Assembly (NCBI GenBank): GCA_026705605.1
Contig: JAPPAK010000005.1
Span: forward strand, 13,868-77,867
DNA length: 64,000 nucleotides
From: Chloroflexota bacterium
GTDB taxonomy: Bacteria > Chloroflexota > Dehalococcoidia > Tepidiformales > Tepidiformaceae
Direction of reading: 5' to 3'
Shown: positions 60,801 to 64,000 of the stretch, piece by piece
Numbering within the stretch: position 1 is the stretch's first letter
Layout of the letters: each line of letters opens with the position of its first letter
The notes under the pieces: generated by a model
Database searches by the model: none
What the model was told of the DNA's origin: nothing
The model's input: only the letters and a program-made list of their open reading frames with translations
Made by a program: the position numbers and the translations under genes

Positions 60801-61474
60801 GTGCCCGTCACCGCGACCGCTTCGCTGAACGTCACGGTGATCTGGATCGTCTCGCCCAGGGCGTACGTGTGATCGTCGCCGGCGTTGGAGGTGATGGCCA
60901 GGTCGGTGATGGTCGGCGCGCTCCGCGAGAGCCGCCAGTTGACCTTGTGGGCGGCGTCGTGGTCGAGTCCGGCGTGGCCGAGCGCGGCGTCGGTCTGGGA
61001 GGATGCTGACTTGATCGCGCCGCCATTGAGTTTCAGCGTGTTGGCGAGTACGGCGATGCCTCGGCTGGAGTAGTTGGGTTCGATGACGGTGTGCGCGAAG
61101 ACGAGGCTGGTCGTGCCGCTGCCGCGTTCGTACCCGGCCCATTTCGTGCCCCAGTCGGCGGGGTCCATGTCGATCGCCAGTTGCGGGGCGCCGGTCACGT
61201 CGACGGCTTCACTGAAGGTGAGGGTGACGCGGATGGTCTCGCCGAAGGCGTAGGTCTGGTCGTTGCCGGCGTTGGAGGTGACGGCGACAGCGGTCACCGT
61301 CGGCGCGCCCGTCTGCGCGTGCGCGAGGCCGGCACCCGGGACTAGCAAGGCTGCGGCGATCAGCGCAGCCAGTAGCCCGATCCGCCAAGCGCGCACTAGC
61401 AAAGCGGATCGAACTGGCGCGGATCGACTGGCGTTACTGATTCCGGGAACATGCCGACGCGTCATCGAGGCCAT
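57824..61474 (-). CDS. Large secreted protein: two copies of the shared ~120-aa N-terminal module, cadherin-like and several FN3 domains
   Basis: ORF 57824..61534. The start is probably ATG 61474 or 61465 (MTRRHVPG...), with signal peptide IGLLAALIAAALLVPGAGLAHA|Q. The duplicated module is VTAVAVTSNAGNDQTYAFGETIRVTLTFSEAVDVTG...SSRGIAVLANTLKLNGG...HKVNWR. FN3-like blocks include YQVRVRSRI and YEVELRARNANGWSPW. Confidence 0.8.
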   Translation of the reverse strand: MASMTRRHVPGISNASRSAPVRSALLVRAWRIGLLAALIAAALLVPGAGLAHAQTGAPTVTAVAVTSNAGNDQTYAFGETIRVTLTFSEAVDVTGAPQLAIDMDPADWGTKWAGYERGSGTTSLVFAHTVIEPNYSSRGIAVLANTLKLNGGAIKSASSQTDAALGHAGLDHDAAHKVNWRLSRSAPTITDLAITSNAGDDHTYALGETIQITVTFSEAVAVTGTPQLAIDMDPAEWGRKLAGYDSGSGTTSLTFTHTVVEPNYSSRGIAVLANTLDLGGGSIQSAHSQTDAARAHPGLDHDANHKVNWRLSPGEPNRAPVLNSGTRNYDSFVGRNNAPRGVLVSKSFAGLFSDPDGDNLSYTVAISAGRGQLVEQLVIGAHGRSDELAAKSPRPREATMRVFFEADADDDWDAIVPALPERPLITVTLTATDPDGLSASVQGDFLIDWEPDSGCPLDAPSSVTALTIGRGAVVAWSVPDDLADDCEVTGFVVSAFDTHGNSLEALVGDPEARAHTIRGLEPGDHLFSVRITYADESSDDDATSDDLVTAYSTHVPDACITLAVKPYARNGVGGRITSINGTGCAARETFDLELRRAGHEDWLRYRSLSWSLIGSPSDPSLPQFIFYGIDPNVPHEFRISAYDASDNRYETAAQRVTITAQDPSETADANSPTGLHIVVNNDGEMSIRWDAFTAPAGRTLSGFRVQWRRCPLPNVPTGCTSDKQSATRGASDTRHDVTTGLTNGAYYTARVAARTHVSSQDASTATNAWTVWAPAVRVFSEPLQIWFDMDTPKSNADLDRTFMRTESNKNRTSAVCRLNSSGSGAHSINCPPRTLVSLAASGNIFGVQATATIPGGESVSTTPIEGPEVGGPPPQVVRASGGAAASDNNAATHEGRIVIYSSVGPSPNAPGAIAGYQIQQRKQNTDGSWPAWSTTWTDDSKPTERFRTITGLQDGTYQVRVRSRIDNSEDHDNNPVTPNQVVSRHSFTSEVVTVTVAASNTQTALPAPITVTPGNRTLTVEWALLDRGSIPIAYEVRHRAQGTSAWTQSGTLVPRPTTLMCSSDRFGCFNPRRHEITGLTADLPYEVELRARNANGWSPWYASVVRPGPPDTTAPVAVSAVNTSGQTTVVVTFDEPLNPDFVPGPSRFTLGRQVGVVFWLLETATAVSISGSELTLTFSEIPSNATHLNYLFTNVGTLQDLLGNQSDSFTVSLTRN

Positions 61475-61864
61475 CGCAATTTTTCGAGGGTCAACCCAAG
61501 CCTTGGCCGATCCCCTCTTCCCGCAGCCCGCCACCGTTGTTCAGCCAACTCGGCAAGCCTTGCACATGGCCTATGCAAACGGCATTCGGTGTACGCTCGA
61601 TTAGTATGTGAACCCCATGTGTTTCGAGAGACTTACGAAGAGTCGAGAGCCGAGAGCGCTTCAGATCGAGTGCGATCATCATCTATCGTGGTCACGAGTC
61701 ACACAGGAAGTGTGCGGTCGCCATGCCGTTGTCGTACTCGGGCCGCGATTCGCGGGGTTGTGAATCGAAGCCGGCTGGCCACGCCGGGAGGTAGCGGGGA
61801 ACGATTGGCGACGTCGGCCGAGAATCTGGAGAGCCGCGGCCGGGCAAGACAGAAGGAGGGACGT

Positions 61865-64000
61865 GTGGACGGTCAGGACGAAAGAAAGCAACGGATCGCT
61901 GAACTGGAGGCGCGGCTCTCGCGGTTGGGCGAGGCCAGCTTGCGGATCTCGGAGAGCCTGGATGTCGACACGGTGTTGCAAGAGGTGGTCGACAGCGCGC
62001 GGGCGCTGACGGGCTCCCGCTACGGTGCGATTACGGTGCGACGCGAGGCCGGACCTGTGTCGGACCTGATCGTGTCCGGCGTGTCCGGCGAAGAACGTCG
62101 GGCGCTCTTGCAGATGACCGAGGCCCCCGCATTCTTTGAGTATCTCAGCGGGCTGACGGAGCCGCTACGGATAGCCGACATCGACGGTCACATGAGCGCA
62201 GCGGGAATGCCCAGCTTCCGGCCTCCGCTGCCGGCGACCTCTCTGCTGGTGGCGCCGATCCGCCACCAGGGCGTCGGAGTCGGGACCGTCTACTTGGCCC
62301 ATGACCAGGAAGGCAGGGGATTTACCCGGGAGGACGAGGAGACACTGGTCATGTTCGCCTCCCAGGCAGCGTCGGCGATCACCAACGCCCGACGCTATCG
62401 GGCGGAGCAGCAGGCCCGCGCCGATCTTGAGACGCTGATGTATACCTCGCCGGTCGGGGTCATCCTGTTCGACGCGCAAAGCGGTACTCCGATCTCGTTC
62501 AACCGTGAAGCCCGTCGCATCGTTGATCGCTTGCGCGAGCCGGATCAGACGCCCGAGGAGCTGTTGCAGCTGATCTCCTATCGCCGCGGTGACGGGCACC
62601 AGTTGAGCGTGGCCGAGTTCCCATTGACACGTTCCCTAGCCACCGGCGAGACGGTCCGGGGGGAAGAGATCGTGTTGCAGGCGCCGGACGGGCGTCAGGT
62701 CAGCACGATCATCAACGCCACGCCGATCCACGCTGACGACGGTGCTGTGCAGTCGGTCGTCGTGACCATGCAGGACCTTGCCTCGCTTAAGCAGTTCGAA
62801 CAGATGAGGGCGGACTTCCTGGCCATGGTCAGCCACGAGCTCCGCGCGCCGCTCAGCTCGATTAAGGGCTCCGCGGCCACACTGGTCCAGTCGGGCACGG
62901 CTTTGGACCCCGCCGCCACCACCCAGTTCCACCGGATCATCGAGCAGCAAGCCGACTACATGCAGGATCTGATCACCGATCTGCTCGACGTAGCCCGGAT
63001 CGAGGCTGGCACGCTGGCCATTTCGCCGCAGCCCGTCAGCGTCGAGGAACTGGTTGAGGACGCCCGCAGCACCTTTCTCACAGCGCACGCGGGCAGCGAC
63101 ATTCGAGTCGAGTTGCCGTCTGATCTGCAGTCGGTGATGGCCGACCGGCGCCGCATTGTCCAGGTCCTGCTCAACCTCCTGTCGAATGCCGTCCGCCACT
63201 CGCCCGACGATTCGGCCGTCCGGGTGTCCGCCTCGCCCTCCGGTGTCGAGGTCGAGATCCGAGTGACGGACAAGGGTGAGGGAATGACCGCGGAACAGCT
63301 GCCTAGGCTGTTCAACAAGTTCTCGCGTTCGCCTGGCCAAGCCGGCCGTGAAACGGCCGAGTCGGGCCTCGGGTTGGCCATCTGCAAGGGCATCGTCGAG
63401 GCACACGGGGGACGCATCCGGGCGGAGAGCGACGGTCCGGGACAGGGCGCGCAGTTCAGCTTTACCCTGCCCGCGACCGAGACGCCAGGCGCGGCGGAAT
63501 CGAGCGTTTCGCCGGAGGCCGGGGCCGCCGCGGAACGACGTCCTAGCAGGCGCACGAGAATCCTGGCGGTGGATGACGATCCGCAGACCCTGCTGCACGT
63601 CCGCGATTCGCTCACCCGGGCGGGCTACGAACCAATACTGACCGGCGACCCGGACGCCGTCGACCGCCTGATTGCCGAGCACCGTCCGCATCTCGTCTTG
63701 CTCGATCTGATGCTCCCCGAGGTCGATGGGATCGAGCTGATGGAACTCGTGCCCGGGCTACGCGAACTTCCTGTGATCTTCATCTCGGCCTACGGCGGTG
63801 ATCGCCGCGTCGCTCGCGCGTTGGAGAACGGAGCCGACGACTACATCGTCAAGCCGTTCTCGCCGACCGAGCTGGTCGCTCGGATTCAGACGGTTCTGCG
63901 TCGCTGGACCATGAGCGTGGGCGCCGAGCCCGATGGGCCCTTCGCTCTGGACCAACTCACCATCGATTACGCTAAACGCCGGGCCTCGATCGGCGGACAG
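61865..64000 (+). CDS. Fused sensor kinase-response regulator: GAF + PAS + HisKA/HATPase + REC + start of OmpR-type winged helix; runs off the window
   Basis: Not in the ORF track because it is edge-truncated. My hand translation from GTG 61865 (AAGGAGG 6 nt upstream) is open to nt 64000. Motifs are FLAMVSHELRAPLSSIKG (H-box), LLSNAVRHSP (N-box), GLGLAICKGIVEAHGGRI (G2), REC RILAVDDDPQ...VLLDLMLPEVDG...DDYIVKPFSP, then FALDQLTIDYAKRRASIGGQ (beginning of the wHTH). Confidence 0.85.
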   Translation, partial: MDGQDERKQRIAELEARLSRLGEASLRISESLDVDTVLQEVVDSARALTGSRYGAITVRREAGPVSDLIVSGVSGEERRALLQMTEAPAFFEYLSGLTEPLRIADIDGHMSAAGMPSFRPPLPATSLLVAPIRHQGVGVGTVYLAHDQEGRGFTREDEETLVMFASQAASAITNARRYRAEQQARADLETLMYTSPVGVILFDAQSGTPISFNREARRIVDRLREPDQTPEELLQLISYRRGDGHQLSVAEFPLTRSLATGETVRGEEIVLQAPDGRQVSTIINATPIHADDGAVQSVVVTMQDLASLKQFEQMRADFLAMVSHELRAPLSSIKGSAATLVQSGTALDPAATTQFHRIIEQQADYMQDLITDLLDVARIEAGTLAISPQPVSVEELVEDARSTFLTAHAGSDIRVELPSDLQSVMADRRRIVQVLLNLLSNAVRHSPDDSAVRVSASPSGVEVEIRVTDKGEGMTAEQLPRLFNKFSRSPGQAGRETAESGLGLAICKGIVEAHGGRIRAESDGPGQGAQFSFTLPATETPGAAESSVSPEAGAAAERRPSRRTRILAVDDDPQTLLHVRDSLTRAGYEPILTGDPDAVDRLIAEHRPHLVLLDLMLPEVDGIELMELVPGLRELPVIFISAYGGDRRVARALENGADDYIVKPFSPTELVARIQTVLRRWTMSVGAEPDGPFALDQLTIDYAKRRASIGGQ

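Noticed and set aside
62636-63691. 351-aa minus-strand ORF (and 62956..63615)
   Set aside because: It is antisense to the histidine kinase/response regulator frame, which carries the H-box, N/G boxes and REC motifs. The antisense translation has no motifs.

Overview
This is a 64-kb, very GC-rich bacterial window that is almost entirely accessory DNA. I saw no rRNA, tRNA or CRISPR. All family assignments come from motifs I read in the translations; no database search was run.

Layout, left to right:
- (i) 1-11.2 kb: an edge-truncated secreted animal-type haem peroxidase (missing from the ORF track), a 2,579-aa secreted FN3/PPC/kexin-like S8 protease/cadherin protein, and a translationally coupled lipoprotein.
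- (ii) 11.5-15.6 kb: toxin-antitoxin debris (an orphan AbiEi-like gene plus AbiEii and AbiEi fragments), one intact AbiEi/AbiEii pair, then about 1.4 kb of remnant or non-coding DNA carrying a 62-bp direct repeat.
- (iii) 15.7-22.7 kb: a translationally coupled nurA-herA-sbcD-sbcC operon.
- (iv) 23.1-32.5 kb: a defence-island-like stretch. It holds a retropepsin-like protease cassette, an orphan zinc-ribbon protein, and an ABC/OLD-like ATPase with a Toprim/DUF4435-like tail next to a DUF4062-like NACHT NTPase. It also holds my top candidate for an undescribed system: a less GC-rich two-gene cassette encoding an NdpA/YejK-like (NA37) protein coupled by a 1-nt spacer to a toxSAS-like RelA/SpoT pyrophosphokinase.
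- (v) 32.8-50.3 kb: a plasmid/ICE/prophage-like replication-recombination module. Its genes are SNF2 helicase, amino-methyltransferase, RadC, three paralogous Cys-motif proteins, Cas4-like exonuclease, SSB, Rad52-like annealase, primase, replication-relaxation protein, DUF3800, Fic, several XRE/HTH proteins and an ImmA-like protein lacking the catalytic Glu. Its intergenic gaps carry a repeated GC-rich double hairpin.
- (vi) 50.4-61.5 kb: two more giant secreted proteins that share modules with each other and with the first giant. A 16-nt poly-G/C tract sits just upstream of one of them.
- (vii) 61.9-64 kb: an edge-truncated GAF-PAS-histidine kinase fused to a complete OmpR-type response regulator.

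Many long ORFs in the supplied track are antisense shadows or upstream extensions typical of GC-rich DNA and were rejected.
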